From positions 2,557-66,556 of the forward strand of contig JBDQPD010000002.1 of NCBI GenBank assembly GCA_040260805.1: a stretch of DNA of 64,000 nt. The letters are read 5' to 3'. Numbering within the stretch: position 1 is the first letter of the stretch; every line of letters starts with the position of its first letter. Origin of the DNA: Myxococcota bacterium (GTDB lineage Bacteria; Myxococcota; UBA4151). The position numbers and the translations under genes are program-made. The notes below the pieces were generated by a model. The model did no database searches, was not told the DNA's origin, and saw only the letters and a list, made by a program, of their open reading frames with translations. Below are positions 46,170 to 57,836 of this stretch, in pieces.

Positions 46170-49100
46170 ATGCAACGCAGTCGTATCGATCGGTTCCAAC
46201 GCCGGCTTAAACAAAAAGTCATGGTTCTTGATGGTGCGATGGGCACCATGATTCAAGCCTATAATCTCGGTGAAAGCGACTTTCGCGGCAGCATATTATG
46301 CGATCACGATCACCCGCTTGCCGGCAATAATGACCTGCTGAGTCTAACCCAGCCAGAGATCATCTTAGCGATCCACCGCGCCTATCTCGAAGTGGGCGTG
46401 GATCTGATCGAGACCAACACCTTTAATTCCAACGCCATCAGCCAGTCAGACTACGGCCTCGAGGACAGAGTCTACGAGCTCAACAAAGCCTCGGCAGAGC
46501 TCGCCGTTCAGGCGTGCTCAGAATTCAGCACCGCAGAGCACCCGCGCTTTGCGGTGGGGGTTTTAGGACCGACCAACCGCACGGCTTCCTTGAGTCCAAA
46601 AGTCGAAGACCCGAGCGCTCGCAACGTCACCTTCGATGAGCTCGATCAAGGGTACCGCACCGCAACGCAAGGTTTGCTCGATGGTGGCGCCCAGGTTTTA
46701 ATGATCGAGACGATCTTTGATACGCTCAACGCCAAGGCGGCTATTTACGCGATCGAGAAGGTCTTCCAGGCGCGCAATGAGCGCTGGCCGGTGATGATAT
46801 CAGGCACGATTACCGATGCATCGGGGCGCACCTTATCGGGTCAAACCAGCGAGGCATTCGCTCGCTCCGTAGCCCACGCTGAACCGGTCAGTGTCGGCTT
46901 TAATTGCGCCTTAGGCGCCGAGCAGCTCAGGCCCTACATCTCGGAGCTCAGTCGCTGGGCACCCTTTGCGGTCTCGGCTCACCCCAACGCAGGGCTTCCC
47001 AACGCGCTGGGTGATTACGACGAGAGCCCCGAAGAGATGTCAGCTCAGATTGGGGCTTGGGCAAAGGATGGGCTACTCAACATCGTCGGTGGCTGCTGTG
47101 GCACGACCCCCGAACACCTCAAAATGATCGTCGACGCCGTCGGCGATCACGCACCGCGGCAGCTCAAGCCGGCGAGCTCGTTGTCCGATTATGCTGGGCT
47201 TGAGCCCTTGCAACTCAAAGACGATGCGCTCTTCGTAAACATTGGTGAGCGGACCAACATGACGGGCTCGGCGCGCTTTCGAAAACTCATCGAAAACGAT
47301 GACTTCGAAGCCGCCATTGCGATCGCTCGACAACAGGTTGAGGGCGGCGCACAAATTCTCGACATTAACTTCGATGATGCGTTGATCGACGGCACCGCCT
47401 CGATGATACGCTTTTTGAACCTGCTCGCCGGCGAGCCCGACATCGCTAAGCTGCCCTTCATGGTCGACAGCTCGCGCCCTGAAATTCTCAACGCCGGACT
47501 GCGCTGTGTACAAGGTAAGGCGATCATCAACTCGATCTCACTCAAAGAGGGTGAAGCCGCTTTTCTAGCCGCAGCTGATGAAGCCAAAAACTTAGGCGCT
47601 GCGATGGTCGTGATGGCCTTTGATGAAGACGGGCAAGCCGACACCTATGAGCGGCGAATCAGCATCTGTGAGCGAGCGTATAAGCTCCTGGTTGAGACCG
47701 CTCAGGTCCGAGCACATGACATCATCTTTGATGCGAATATTTTTGCGGTGGGCACCGGACTTGACGAGCATCGTCGTTACGCCATCGATTTCATCGAAGC
47801 TGTGCGCTGGATCAAAACGAATCTACCGGGCGCCAAGACCAGCGGCGGGTTGAGCAACCTGAGTTTTTCGTTTCGTGGTCAAAACCCGCTGCGCGAAGCG
47901 ATGCATACGGTATTTTTGTACCACGCAGTCCAAGCGGGGCTGGATATGGGCATCGTCAACGCCGGCGCCTTGCCAGTCTACGATGACCTCGACTCAGGTT
48001 TGATTGAGCGCATTGAAGATCTTCTCTTTGACCGCCGTGATGATGCGACCGACCGCCTTTTAGAGCTCGCCCACAAAGCGCAAGGGCGGGCTGCGCGCGC
48101 TGCGGACCTAAGCTGGCGCGAACAAGACGTCACCGCACGAATAAGCCACGCCTTGGTTCAGGGCATCGACGCCTACATCGAAGAGGATACCGCTGAGATC
48201 TTTGCCGAACTCGACTCGGCGATCGGGGTCATCGAAGGACCGCTTATGGACGGCATGAACCGGGTTGGTGACCTGTTTGGCGAGGGGAAGATGTTCCTCC
48301 CTCAAGTGGTCAAGTCAGCGCGGGTCATGAAGCGCGCCGTCTCGTGGCTTGACCCCTATCTTAAAGCGGGCGCCCAGCTTGAATCCAAAGGCGTGATCTT
48401 ACTCGCTACCGTCAAAGGCGACGTGCACGATATTGGGAAAAATATCGTCGGCGTGGTCCTCGAATGCAACGGCTATCGAGTGATCGATTTAGGCGTCATG
48501 GTTCCCTGCGACCGGATTCTTGACCAAGCCCTTGAGCATCAAGTCGACCTGATCGGCTTGTCCGGATTGATCACGCCGAGCCTCGATGAGATGGTTCATG
48601 TCGCCAAGCAGATGACGGCGCGCGGGATGAAGACCCCCTTACTGATCGGCGGCGCCACCACCTCACCGCTTCACACCGCGCTGCGGATTGAGCCCGAATA
48701 CGCCCCTGGTGTGGTCCACGTTCGCGACGCCTCGCGCAGCGTAGCGACCACCAGCTCGCTCTTGAACGACCGGGCAGATTTTGTCGCTCAAACCGGAGAA
48801 AATTACGCCAAACTCAGGCGGCGCCACGAGTCCAACACCCAGCGACAAAAACTGCTCTCACTTGAGGAAGCGAGGCGGCGCGCCGAGCGCGTTGACGCAC
48901 CAGCGCCTGTTCCCAAGACGCTCGGTCTGCACCACCTCGATGTTTCGCTGTCGGATCTACTGGTCACCATGGACTATGCTCCATTTTTCCACGCCTGGGA
49001 GTTCAAGGGATCCTTCCCAGCCCTGCTCAACGATGTCAGGCAGGGTGAGGCGGCGACAGCGCTGTGGAACGATGGACAAGCGATCCTGAAGCGAATTGTC

Positions 49101-49775
49101 GATGAGGACCTACTGACCGCCAAAGCGAGCTTCGCCATCTATCCAGCTCACGCTGCCGGTGAGACGATCTTTATCGACACACCGCAGGGCATGGAGCGCT
49201 TCGAGTTTTTACGCCAACAACGCGGCAAATCGCCAGCGTGCTTAGCCGACTACATCGCTCATGAAGACGATCACATCGGTATGTTTTGGGTGACCGCAGG
49301 GCTAGGGCTTGATGCCCTAGTCGCCGAGTACGAAGCCCAAGATGACACCTACTCTTCGCTCATCGCCAAGGCCTGGGCCGACCGATTTGCCGAGAGCTTA
49401 GCCGAATGGCTACACCGCGAGGTTCGGACGCGTTATTGGGGCTATATCGCCGATGAGACCTTGAGCGTGGATGAGCTGCTGGCTGAGCGCTATCGGGGGA
49501 TACGCCCAGCTCCAGGCTACCCTGCGTGCCCAGACCATCGCCATAAAGAGCGCATGTATCGCCTGCTTGAGGCGGAGGAAATGGGCGCATCGCTAAGCGA
49601 GAGCTGTGCCATGACGCCTGCGGCTAGTGTCGCCGGATTCTACATCGCAGCGCCCCAATCGCGCTACTTTAGCATCGGCCGAATCGATGAAGAACAGCTG
49701 GCTGATTTGGCGCGTCGGCGCGGTGAGCCCATCGAGACCTGCGCACGCTGGCTTGCGTCGCTCTTGCTTAACTAA
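46170..49775 (+). CDS. metH: Cobalamin-dependent methionine synthase MetH
   Basis: 1201 aa with Hcy-binding, pterin-binding, B12-binding (DxHxxG) and AdoMet-activation domains colinear with MetH. Confidence 0.95.
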   Translation: MQRSRIDRFQRRLKQKVMVLDGAMGTMIQAYNLGESDFRGSILCDHDHPLAGNNDLLSLTQPEIILAIHRAYLEVGVDLIETNTFNSNAISQSDYGLEDRVYELNKASAELAVQACSEFSTAEHPRFAVGVLGPTNRTASLSPKVEDPSARNVTFDELDQGYRTATQGLLDGGAQVLMIETIFDTLNAKAAIYAIEKVFQARNERWPVMISGTITDASGRTLSGQTSEAFARSVAHAEPVSVGFNCALGAEQLRPYISELSRWAPFAVSAHPNAGLPNALGDYDESPEEMSAQIGAWAKDGLLNIVGGCCGTTPEHLKMIVDAVGDHAPRQLKPASSLSDYAGLEPLQLKDDALFVNIGERTNMTGSARFRKLIENDDFEAAIAIARQQVEGGAQILDINFDDALIDGTASMIRFLNLLAGEPDIAKLPFMVDSSRPEILNAGLRCVQGKAIINSISLKEGEAAFLAAADEAKNLGAAMVVMAFDEDGQADTYERRISICERAYKLLVETAQVRAHDIIFDANIFAVGTGLDEHRRYAIDFIEAVRWIKTNLPGAKTSGGLSNLSFSFRGQNPLREAMHTVFLYHAVQAGLDMGIVNAGALPVYDDLDSGLIERIEDLLFDRRDDATDRLLELAHKAQGRAARAADLSWREQDVTARISHALVQGIDAYIEEDTAEIFAELDSAIGVIEGPLMDGMNRVGDLFGEGKMFLPQVVKSARVMKRAVSWLDPYLKAGAQLESKGVILLATVKGDVHDIGKNIVGVVLECNGYRVIDLGVMVPCDRILDQALEHQVDLIGLSGLITPSLDEMVHVAKQMTARGMKTPLLIGGATTSPLHTALRIEPEYAPGVVHVRDASRSVATTSSLLNDRADFVAQTGENYAKLRRRHESNTQRQKLLSLEEARRRAERVDAPAPVPKTLGLHHLDVSLSDLLVTMDYAPFFHAWEFKGSFPALLNDVRQGEAATALWNDGQAILKRIVDEDLLTAKASFAIYPAHAAGETIFIDTPQGMERFEFLRQQRGKSPACLADYIAHEDDHIGMFWVTAGLGLDALVAEYEAQDDTYSSLIAKAWADRFAESLAEWLHREVRTRYWGYIADETLSVDELLAERYRGIRPAPGYPACPDHRHKERMYRLLEAEEMGASLSESCAMTPAASVAGFYIAAPQSRYFSIGRIDEEQLADLARRRGEPIETCARWLASLLLN

Positions 49776-50552
49776 TCAACGATCCCAGGTCATGCGCGTG
49801 ACCGAATGGATCGGGTGACCAAAAATTCGCTCAGTGACATGCATTGACAGCTCCGGATCATCACTAAACGCAATGTCCGTGCGGCCGCTTCCCGGTTGAA
49901 GCGGGTTGGCGAGCATGGCGCCTGCGATCGCTTCGCTTGAGTCAATGACCACCACTTGGTCACCGACGGCTCGTTGAAGTTGGTCATGAATCAACGGGTA
50001 ATGAGTGCACCCTAAGATCAACCGGTCGTAGCTAAAACCGTCGAGCTCGCTCAGATAGGTCTTAATCGCCGCATGGGTTGCTGGATGATCGTACCAACCC
50101 TCTTCGATCATCGGCGCCAAGAGCGGGCAAGCGACCTGGCGCACGGGGGTTCCAGGCAGCAACTCGTTGAGCGCTTCAGCGTAGGCTTGTGAAGCCACCG
50201 TCCCGCGGGTGGCGAGCACCGCAACGCCCTGCGTTCCGCCGCAATCCTTGGCGGTCAAAGCGCCAGCTCGAACCACCCCATGAACGCTGCGCTCACCGGC
50301 TAACTCTCGAACGCTTTTGGCGCCGTAAGCCGACGCCGTGTTGCAAGCGATCACCAGCTGGTCGCAGCCGCGCTGCACAAGCCAGCGGCCGCAGTCGCGA
50401 GCGTAGCGAGCGACGGTTTCAGCGCTTCGGCTGCCATAAGGCACCCGCGCCGTATCACCGAGGTACAAAAGATCGGCGCTCGGCATCGCCTCACGAAGCG
50501 CCGCCAAAACCGTTAAACCGCCTACGCCTGAGTCAAAAACTCCAATGGTCAT
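49776..50552 (-). CDS. murI: Glutamate racemase
   Basis: Start MTIGVFDSGVGG with GGAG SD. Conserved Cys motifs (CNTAS, GCTHYP). ATGA overlap with the upstream lipoprotein gene. Confidence 0.85.
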   Translation of the reverse strand: MTIGVFDSGVGGLTVLAALREAMPSADLLYLGDTARVPYGSRSAETVARYARDCGRWLVQRGCDQLVIACNTASAYGAKSVRELAGERSVHGVVRAGALTAKDCGGTQGVAVLATRGTVASQAYAEALNELLPGTPVRQVACPLLAPMIEEGWYDHPATHAAIKTYLSELDGFSYDRLILGCTHYPLIHDQLQRAVGDQVVVIDSSEAIAGAMLANPLQPGSGRTDIAFSDDPELSMHVTERIFGHPIHSVTRMTWDR

Positions 50553-51466
50553 AGGGGCTCCAACGCCAGCTCGGGCATCACTCTTCCGGGTACGAAGCGC
50601 AAAGTCCATGCGCCTCGGTACAGGACCTGATCATCTTGCAAGCCTTCGGCGACGACATCGACCGAGCCAGGAGCAGCTAAAAGTCGAGACCAGTCCGGGA
50701 GCTCCTCGCCGCATGAACGATCAAATTCCACCATGCGCTCAGCGCCCAGCTGGCGCGCTTTGATCACTAAGCGGTTCACCCCAACGAGTTCACAACCCGC
50801 CAAGCTGTCGTCGTCACGCACAAACCGAATCAACACTCGTCCCTCGGGCTGCGCGCTCGCCTCAAGGTCGAGACGCATCGGACGATCCCCTTCGGGTCTG
50901 CGCTGTCCTGGATCGATACGCCGCACGGCGGTGTGAGCGCCCAGAACCAAGCCCTCAGCGCTGTACGCTTGAACGCGCATCTGCCAGGACCCAGGCCAAA
51001 GGTAATCGATCATCAAATCGCCAGCGTCGCGACAAGCGACCTGGCGGGTCTCTTGATCGCCCCAGGGGCGACTCAAGGTCACGCGGTAACGATCAATGCC
51101 TAAGACCTCACATCCAGCGACACCGCTCAGATGTGGCCACAGCCAGATGGAACCGCGCAGCTCAGGGTTGGCGCGCATCACCAAGACCGCACCATCTTGA
51201 GCCGTTCCGCTCGCAAGCACTCGCTCTTCGCGATCAAACAAAACAGCTCTGAGCTCTCGCTCCCCTATTGGCAGGCTCACTCGAACCAATTCGGTTTGCT
51301 TGCAGGGGCCATGAGCGATCACACCCAAACCGCCCGCTTCGATCTCAACTCGAGCGCCGCCAAGCTCCTGACAGGTGGTCGCCGCTAAACGCCAACGAAT
51401 CGGTCGCTCAACGAGATCAACGGGCTCACCGCAGGCGAGCAGAAAGACGACCCACCAGGCTCTCAA
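50549..51466 (-). CDS. Hypothetical lipoprotein (305 aa), translationally coupled upstream of murI
   Basis: Lipobox FLLACG. No recognisable motifs. Confidence 0.5.
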   Translation of the reverse strand: MRAWWVVFLLACGEPVDLVERPIRWRLAATTCQELGGARVEIEAGGLGVIAHGPCKQTELVRVSLPIGERELRAVLFDREERVLASGTAQDGAVLVMRANPELRGSIWLWPHLSGVAGCEVLGIDRYRVTLSRPWGDQETRQVACRDAGDLMIDYLWPGSWQMRVQAYSAEGLVLGAHTAVRRIDPGQRRPEGDRPMRLDLEASAQPEGRVLIRFVRDDDSLAGCELVGVNRLVIKARQLGAERMVEFDRSCGEELPDWSRLLAAPGSVDVVAEGLQDDQVLYRGAWTLRFVPGRVMPELALEPL

Positions 51467-52767
51467 CGCCCGCGACCGATCCCGCTATACCTTAAGCCTG
51501 CGGAGCGGACCTCATCAGGATTCAAGAGGTTGCGTCCGTCAAAGACCCAATCCCCTTTTAGCGCCGTTTGAACACGCGCTAACGATGGACTTCGATAATC
51601 GTTCCAGTCCGTACAAATCAGCAACGCATCGCAGCCCTCGAGCGCATCATACATGCCCTCGGCAAAGCTGAGTCCCGGCAGCCCGAGTGCTTTGGTCGCC
51701 GGAATCGCTACCGGATCATGAGCGGTCACGGTGGCGCCACGACGCGTTAACTCAGCGACCGTGTACAGCGACGGCGCCTCGCGCAGATCATCAGTGTTGG
51801 CCTTAAAGGCTAAGCCCCAAAGCGCGAAGTGTTTCCCCGATAGATCTGCACCCAAAGCGTCTACAGCTTTGCGCACCAAAATGGTACGTTGCTCAGCGTT
51901 GACGCGCTCGACCGCCTCAACCACTTCGAGCGGCTGACCTCGCTCGCGCGCTGTGCTCGCTAAGGCTTTAACGTCTTTGGGAAAGCACGACCCTCCGTAG
52001 CCACAGCCAGGGAATAAGAAGTGCGGCCCGATGCGTCGGTCAGAGCCCATACCGTAGCGTACGTCGGTGATATCAGCGCCAAGGTCATCGCAGAGATTGG
52101 CGAGCTCGTTCATAAAACTGATGCGCGTCGCGAGCATGGCGTTCGCCGCGTACTTGGTCAGCTCAGCGCTGCGGACGCTCATGCTGACCACCCGGCGCTC
52201 GCGTCGGTTAAATGGCGCATAGAGACGCTCGAGTTGAGCCTGGCTCGTCGCATCATCACAGCCGATAATGATCCGGTCTGGCTTTTGGAAATCAGCGATC
52301 GCAGCGCCTTCTTTGAGAAACTCCGGATTCGACGCCACGCGATGTTCAAGGTCTGAGTGCTCAGCTAACTTCGCGCGGATCTTATCCGCGGTTCCGACCG
52401 GTACGGTCGACTTGGTCACCACCAGCTTCGCCTCGCTTGCCTGTTCAGCGATCTGCTCTGCGACCGCGAGCACATGACTCAGATCAGCCGAGCCGTCTTC
52501 GTCTTCGGGGGTACCGACAGCGATGAAGACCACCTCGCTCGAGTCCAGCGCCTGCTTGAGGTTCGTGGTAAACGAGAGTCGACTCTTTGAGCGGTTCCGG
52601 GCGATCAACCCTTCGAGCCCGGGCTCGTAAATTGGGACGCCGCCCTGATTGAGCAGATCGATCTTCTCAACGCTCACATCAACGCAAATCACATGGTTGC
52701 CAGCGTCGGCTAAACACGCGCCGGCAACCAGTCCAACATAACCACTTCCGATGACTGCAAGGTCCAC
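51463..52767 (-). CDS. UDP-glucose 6-dehydrogenase
   Basis: GTG start (VDLAVIGSGYVGLV) with GAGGAG SD. Catalytic Cys region (GGSCFPKD) and NAD-binding fold. Confidence 0.85.
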   Translation of the reverse strand: MDLAVIGSGYVGLVAGACLADAGNHVICVDVSVEKIDLLNQGGVPIYEPGLEGLIARNRSKSRLSFTTNLKQALDSSEVVFIAVGTPEDEDGSADLSHVLAVAEQIAEQASEAKLVVTKSTVPVGTADKIRAKLAEHSDLEHRVASNPEFLKEGAAIADFQKPDRIIIGCDDATSQAQLERLYAPFNRRERRVVSMSVRSAELTKYAANAMLATRISFMNELANLCDDLGADITDVRYGMGSDRRIGPHFLFPGCGYGGSCFPKDVKALASTARERGQPLEVVEAVERVNAEQRTILVRKAVDALGADLSGKHFALWGLAFKANTDDLREAPSLYTVAELTRRGATVTAHDPVAIPATKALGLPGLSFAEGMYDALEGCDALLICTDWNDYRSPSLARVQTALKGDWVFDGRNLLNPDEVRSAGLRYSGIGRGR

Positions 52768-52897
52768 GATCAGGCTCCTCGTCCTGCGCAGGCGATAAGT
52801 CTGCCTGGCTTTTGGTGCAACCCTATGGGTTGCGTGATGCCCTAATTTGGAACACCAAGACCTGAGGTCAAACGACCTCAAGAACGAGGGAGCAAGG

Positions 52898-53857
52898 ATG
52901 CGAGTTCTGGTTACAGGAGGAGCTGGCTTTATCGGCTCACATGTCGCCGAAGCGCTCCTAAAGCGCGGCGACGAGGTCACGATCTGTGATAATTTTAATA
53001 GCTTCTACGACCCTGCGCTCAAGCGCAGGAATGTCGAAGATGTTCGAAAAATAGGGGCTATTCGCTTGATCGAAGGCGACCTGATGGACGCGAGTATCCG
53101 CGACCAGGCGCTGGTTGATTGCGACGCCGTGATTCATCTCGCCGCTTGGGCGGGGGTGCGTCCTTCCATCGAAATGCCCGTACGCTATGTCGAACAAAAC
53201 CTGCTTCTACCCACCCTCCTCGTCGAGAGCATGCGCGCCCAGAAAATCTCGCGTCTGGTGTGGGCCAGCTCCTCGAGTGTCTACGGTGAGAACTCCAACC
53301 CACCCTTCGCTGAAGATGCGGATATTTCAGCGCCAGTCAGCCCGTATGCGGCGACGAAGATTGGCGGTGAGGCGCTCGCCGCCTCGTTCGCTCACCTGTA
53401 CAACCTCGACATCACCTCGCTTCGTTTCTTTACGGTGTATGGCCCTCGTCAACGACCCGAGATGGCGATCCACAAATTCGCTCGCTTGCTCAAACAAGGT
53501 CAGGCAATTCCTCGTTTTGGGGACGGCTCAACAAGCCGTGATTACACCTATATTGATGACATCGTGACCGGCGTTCTTGGCGCCCTAGATCACCTCGGCG
53601 GTTGCCGAGTGTACAACCTAGGTGAATCCGATCGAATTTCATTAAGCGACCTGATTGAGCTCTTGGCGACGACGCTAGGCGTCGAGGCGAAGATCGAGGC
53701 GTTGCCTCGTCAACCCGGCGACGTCAGCCACACCAACGCCGACATTCGGCGAGCTCAGGCCGAGATCAATTACCGACCGAGCGTACCGATCGCTCAGGGT
53801 ATTGAGCGGTTCTGTGCTTGGTTCAACGAGCGGCCACACCTGTGGGAAGCACCCTAA
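52898..53857 (+). CDS. NAD-dependent nucleotide-sugar epimerase/dehydratase (extended SDR; UDP-glucuronate epimerase or decarboxylase-like)
   Basis: MRVLVTGGAGFIGSH with GGGAG SD. YxxxK catalytic motif (YAATK). Divergent from UDP-glucose dehydrogenase. Confidence 0.8.
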   Translation: MRVLVTGGAGFIGSHVAEALLKRGDEVTICDNFNSFYDPALKRRNVEDVRKIGAIRLIEGDLMDASIRDQALVDCDAVIHLAAWAGVRPSIEMPVRYVEQNLLLPTLLVESMRAQKISRLVWASSSSVYGENSNPPFAEDADISAPVSPYAATKIGGEALAASFAHLYNLDITSLRFFTVYGPRQRPEMAIHKFARLLKQGQAIPRFGDGSTSRDYTYIDDIVTGVLGALDHLGGCRVYNLGESDRISLSDLIELLATTLGVEAKIEALPRQPGDVSHTNADIRRAQAEINYRPSVPIAQGIERFCAWFNERPHLWEAP

Positions 53858-53860
53858 GCG

Positions 53861-55330
53861 TCAGCTCGACTTGCTCTGATCGTTACGAACAGCTTCGAGA
53901 TCGTCGAGGTAGGCCTCGCTGACGCCGCCCGTGACGTAGCGCCCCGAGAAGACACAGTCTTCATAGCTCGTAATCTCAGGGTTACCCTCTTGAGCTGCGG
54001 TGCGAAGGTCTTCTAAGTCTTGGTAGATCAACCAATCGGCGCCGATGATCTGCTGGATCTGCTCAGTCGTGCGACTGTGCGCGATCAACTCTTGGGCTGC
54101 TGGCATGTCGATACCGTACACATTGGGGTATCGAACGGCCGGCGATGCCGAAGCAAAAGAGACCGTTTTGGCGCCCGCCTCTCGAGCCATTCTGATAATC
54201 TCGCTGCAGGTCGTGCCGCGGACGATCGAGTCGTCGACCAGCAAGACGTTTTTGCCGCGAAATTCGAGCGCGATCGGGTTGAGCTTTTGCCGCACCGACT
54301 TCTTCCGCACCGCTTGCCCGGGCATGATAAAGGTTCGGCCAATGTAGCGGTTCTTGATGAAGCCTTCACGGAACTTAGCGCCGATATGATAGGCGACCTG
54401 AATCGCAGCCGTTCGGCTGGTGTCGGGTACCGGGATCACCACATCTATTTGATGGTCCGGGCGCTCGCGCAAAATCTTAGCGGCCAAGTAGTCGCCCATT
54501 CGCAAGCGGCTTTTGTAGACGGAGACGCCATCGATGATCGAGTCGGGTCGCGCCAAATAAACGTACTCGAAAAGACAGGGAGTGTGCTGCTTAGCGCTCG
54601 CTGCTTGATGCGTGTGCAAGCTGCGGTCGCGCACATCGAAAATGACCGCTCCACCGGGTAGCACGTCCGCCTCAAAGGTGAACCCCGAAGCCTCAATCGC
54701 CACCGACTCCGAGGCGACCATAAACTCTCGCCCTTTGTCGGTCTCTCGAAAGCCATAACAAAGGGGCCGGATGCCATGCTCGTCACGAAAAGCGATCAAA
54801 CCAAACCCGGGGATCATCGCGACCGTTGCGTAGGCACCTTCACAGCGGCGATGCACTGACTCAAGCGCAGCAAAGAGGTGCTCAGGCTTGAGCGTATCGA
54901 TCAGCTGCTTGCTCAGCTCATGAGCGAGCACGTTCAACAAGACTTCCGAATCCGAGCGCGTGTTGAGGTGGCGACGATCGAGCGCAAAAAGCTCGTCTTT
55001 AAGCGTCGCTGCGTTGGTCAGATTGCCGTTGTGGCTCAAGACGATGCCGTAGGGCGAGTTCACATAAAGCGGTTGAGCCTCGTACGTACTCGATGTGCCC
55101 GCCGTCGGATAACGGACGTGACCAATACCGAGGTGGCCCGACAGCTCTTGCATGTCGCGCGTCTTAAAGACGTCTTTGACCATGCCGTTGTCTTTCCGGA
55201 GAAAGACCTGCCCACCCTCGGTCGTCGCAATGCCCGCAGCATCCTGTCCACGATGCTGTAAGACGGTCAGGGTGTCATAGATCCGCGTATTGACCGGTTC
55301 GATACCGGCGATCCCCACGATTCCGCACAT
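53861..55330 (-). CDS. purF: Amidophosphoribosyltransferase
   Basis: N-terminal MCGIVGI Ntn-glutamine amidotransferase start. PRTase motif [10 protein letters not shown]. Confidence 0.9.
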   Translation of the reverse strand: MCGIVGIAGIEPVNTRIYDTLTVLQHRGQDAAGIATTEGGQVFLRKDNGMVKDVFKTRDMQELSGHLGIGHVRYPTAGTSSTYEAQPLYVNSPYGIVLSHNGNLTNAATLKDELFALDRRHLNTRSDSEVLLNVLAHELSKQLIDTLKPEHLFAALESVHRRCEGAYATVAMIPGFGLIAFRDEHGIRPLCYGFRETDKGREFMVASESVAIEASGFTFEADVLPGGAVIFDVRDRSLHTHQAASAKQHTPCLFEYVYLARPDSIIDGVSVYKSRLRMGDYLAAKILRERPDHQIDVVIPVPDTSRTAAIQVAYHIGAKFREGFIKNRYIGRTFIMPGQAVRKKSVRQKLNPIALEFRGKNVLLVDDSIVRGTTCSEIIRMAREAGAKTVSFASASPAVRYPNVYGIDMPAAQELIAHSRTTEQIQQIIGADWLIYQDLEDLRTAAQEGNPEITSYEDCVFSGRYVTGGVSEAYLDDLEAVRNDQSKSS

Positions 55331-55398
55331 GAGTCAGCCCTCCGCAGGCGGGCTCGGCGCCTAACCTGAGTGATGGTATTCCACAAGCTCGTAGCGAA

Positions 55399-55956
55399 CT
55401 AGCTGGTTGGCAGTTCTAGGCTGCGCAGGCGCTCGTTCGCTCGCTCGGCGGCGCGCAGCGCTTCAGCCGGGTAGCCATCCACTAATGTGGACCAAGCGCG
55501 GTTCAAATTCCGCTCCCCGGCGCTGACCTCAGAGATAAACTGCGCATAAGCGAGCATACCGTGGCGTGCGACCATCGAGTCCTTACACTCAACAAGAGCC
55601 TGGATCGGACCATCGCGTAAGCCGTCGATCCGATCGCAGATCGGCTGAGTCCTTGGCTCGTCTTGGCGCAAGCCATCAAGCACCTCCGCCGCGCCCTCTT
55701 TGAGCGCAGCGAGCAGCTCTGAAGGGTCTGACGCCGCCGCCTCTAAAGGCGATTGAGCCAAGGCCGCTGCCTGACGCCGCATGAGCACCGCCGCAGCGAT
55801 GATCAGGGCGATACCGATAAAGAAGAGCAGACCGCTTTGGCTGAGCCAAACGGAGATGCGACCGCTTTGACTAGCCGCCTCAACGGGACGCGCCGCGGAG
55901 TAGCCCGACAGCCCAATACCCAAACCTAACAATGCGAATTGAATGATCATCTGCAT
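55399..55956 (-). CDS. Hypothetical two-TM membrane protein with soluble C-terminal domain
   Basis: Hydrophobic segments at residues ~5-20 and ~45-60. No known motifs. Confidence 0.45.
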   Translation of the reverse strand: MQMIIQFALLGLGIGLSGYSAARPVEAASQSGRISVWLSQSGLLFFIGIALIIAAAVLMRRQAAALAQSPLEAAASDPSELLAALKEGAAEVLDGLRQDEPRTQPICDRIDGLRDGPIQALVECKDSMVARHGMLAYAQFISEVSAGERNLNRAWSTLVDGYPAEALRAAERANERLRSLELPTS

Positions 55957-55959
55957 GGC

Positions 55960-57702
55960 TTATCCCGCAATCATCGTGATGCCGGTCAAAACCAGCGCAG
56001 TCAGGGCTTCACCCACAATAAAGCCTGCGGCTAAAGGCACCACCTTTTCACTAAAGAAGGCGCGCCCCTTTTTGGCTTCAAGGAACCAACCGGACAGGCA
56101 CCCGACGCCATAACCTAAGGTGATCTCAAAAGGCAGGTACATGGCGAGCCCGACCAGCACGCCAATACCGGCGGTGGGGAGCGCGCCTAGCGCTAAACCG
56201 AGCAGGCCGCCCCCCAAATACTTATCGACCGGCGCGTTGCCACCAACCACGCCTTCAATCATCCCTTGCAAGGCGCCCGCCTGCGGCGCGCTCAGACAAT
56301 CTGATGCCTTGTTCACGCAGGCTGCGCTCTCAGGGCCAAACCCAGGAATTTGAACCCCGTTAGCGTCCACGCCGAAGCGGTGCCACAGGATATAAACCGT
56401 ACCGACTGCGACCATCGGACCGAGCCAGCCGGTGAAGATCTGCGCCAGCTGCTGACGCCTCGGAATCCCACCGACTAAGTGCCCGGTCTTGAGATCCTGC
56501 ATCATATCAGCGCACTGACCGATGCCGACACAAACGGCGACACCCACCAAGACCGCAGCGGCGACCTGACCACCGGTAATCGCAAGCATCAAGGTCACGC
56601 CGATCAGCGCCATCCCCGACAGCGGCGAGATGTCGGTCATCCCCGTCGCCTGTGCGACGATCATTCCCGCCAGGGCGAGCCATAATGCGCCGACCAACGC
56701 CACAGGCACAGCGAGCATCGGACCGACGATGAGCGCCGAAGCACAGTACAAGAGCAAGACGGCGCCGCTTAGACCAAAGCCAAGGGTCTTGGCGCTGAGC
56801 TCTTCCGCGCCGCCCTTGCCGCTCAGCTTGGCGGCGCTGCTCAAGGTTTTCACGGCGGCGCTGATCGCTGGAAAGGCTGCGACCACGCCCGCGAGCGCAC
56901 CGCCGATTAGAATGCCGATACCGGTCGGGCGCAGCATCTCGAAATACAGCTCGCCCCAGATTTTATCGCCTGTAATTTCGGGCGGAATCCAACCCGACGA
57001 GACCGCAGCGGGTGCGATGATCCACCAGGCCAGTACGCCGCCAAAGACAAAGGGTAAGCCCCCTCGTCCTGAGAGCAACCCTGCGCCGATGTTCATGATC
57101 GAGAGCGACAGCGCCGTCCCAGTATAAGCAGGTATGCCGAGCCAATCGCCTACGGCGAGGCTCGGAGGCAACACATTCACCTCCTCAATCAACACCAAGA
57201 CGGAGCCGCTGATCGCAGCGCCGATACCGAGTAAGAGCGCTTTATTTTTGCCGCCGCCGGCGCTTCGAAGGATCGAAGCCACCGCCATCCCAGAGGGGAA
57301 ACGTAAGCGATCAAACTCAAGCATCTGTTTGCGTAAGGGGATGATCAGCACCACGCCCATGAACGACCCGGCGGTTGCCGAGAGAATCATCGCCGCCCAG
57401 CTGAAGTCTTCACCGAGCAGCAGCAGCGCGGGCAGGGTAAAGATGACGCCTGAACTCGACACGTTAATCGCCGAGGCGATCGTTTGCGCGACGTTGTTCT
57501 CAATGATCGTTCCGGTGCCTAGCGCGCGCAGCACCACAAAGCCGAGAATTGCGGCGACCGTCGAGCCACCCAGGCCAAACCCGAGCTTGAGCCCGACGTA
57601 GACAAAGGCAGAGGTCATGATCACACCGAGCAGCGCGCCAAAGATCAGCGCCTGCCAGGTCAGTTCGGGATAAGGGCGGTGGGCCGCCGCTTGTTCGCTC
57701 AT
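55960..57702 (-). CDS. OPT-family oligopeptide transporter
   Basis: 580 aa polytopic protein with OPT family architecture. Confidence 0.8.
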   Translation of the reverse strand: MSEQAAAHRPYPELTWQALIFGALLGVIMTSAFVYVGLKLGFGLGGSTVAAILGFVVLRALGTGTIIENNVAQTIASAINVSSSGVIFTLPALLLLGEDFSWAAMILSATAGSFMGVVLIIPLRKQMLEFDRLRFPSGMAVASILRSAGGGKNKALLLGIGAAISGSVLVLIEEVNVLPPSLAVGDWLGIPAYTGTALSLSIMNIGAGLLSGRGGLPFVFGGVLAWWIIAPAAVSSGWIPPEITGDKIWGELYFEMLRPTGIGILIGGALAGVVAAFPAISAAVKTLSSAAKLSGKGGAEELSAKTLGFGLSGAVLLLYCASALIVGPMLAVPVALVGALWLALAGMIVAQATGMTDISPLSGMALIGVTLMLAITGGQVAAAVLVGVAVCVGIGQCADMMQDLKTGHLVGGIPRRQQLAQIFTGWLGPMVAVGTVYILWHRFGVDANGVQIPGFGPESAACVNKASDCLSAPQAGALQGMIEGVVGGNAPVDKYLGGGLLGLALGALPTAGIGVLVGLAMYLPFEITLGYGVGCLSGWFLEAKKGRAFFSEKVVPLAAGFIVGEALTALVLTGITMIAG

Positions 57703-57836
57703 CGAAAAGCACTCACAAGAGATTGAAACCGCAGGCGTTGACCACGCCGCAGATGCCTGTGCAAGGCCTTCTAAGCCTCGGTGTCAGACCGGTCGTTAAG
57801 ATGCGCTGGCACCGAACTTGGATCAGGAACCAACAC

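Noticed and set aside
56120-57601. Plus-strand ORFs 56630..57127, 57134..57601 and others
   Set aside because: Antisense to the OPT transporter gene, whose polytopic membrane translation is clearly genuine.
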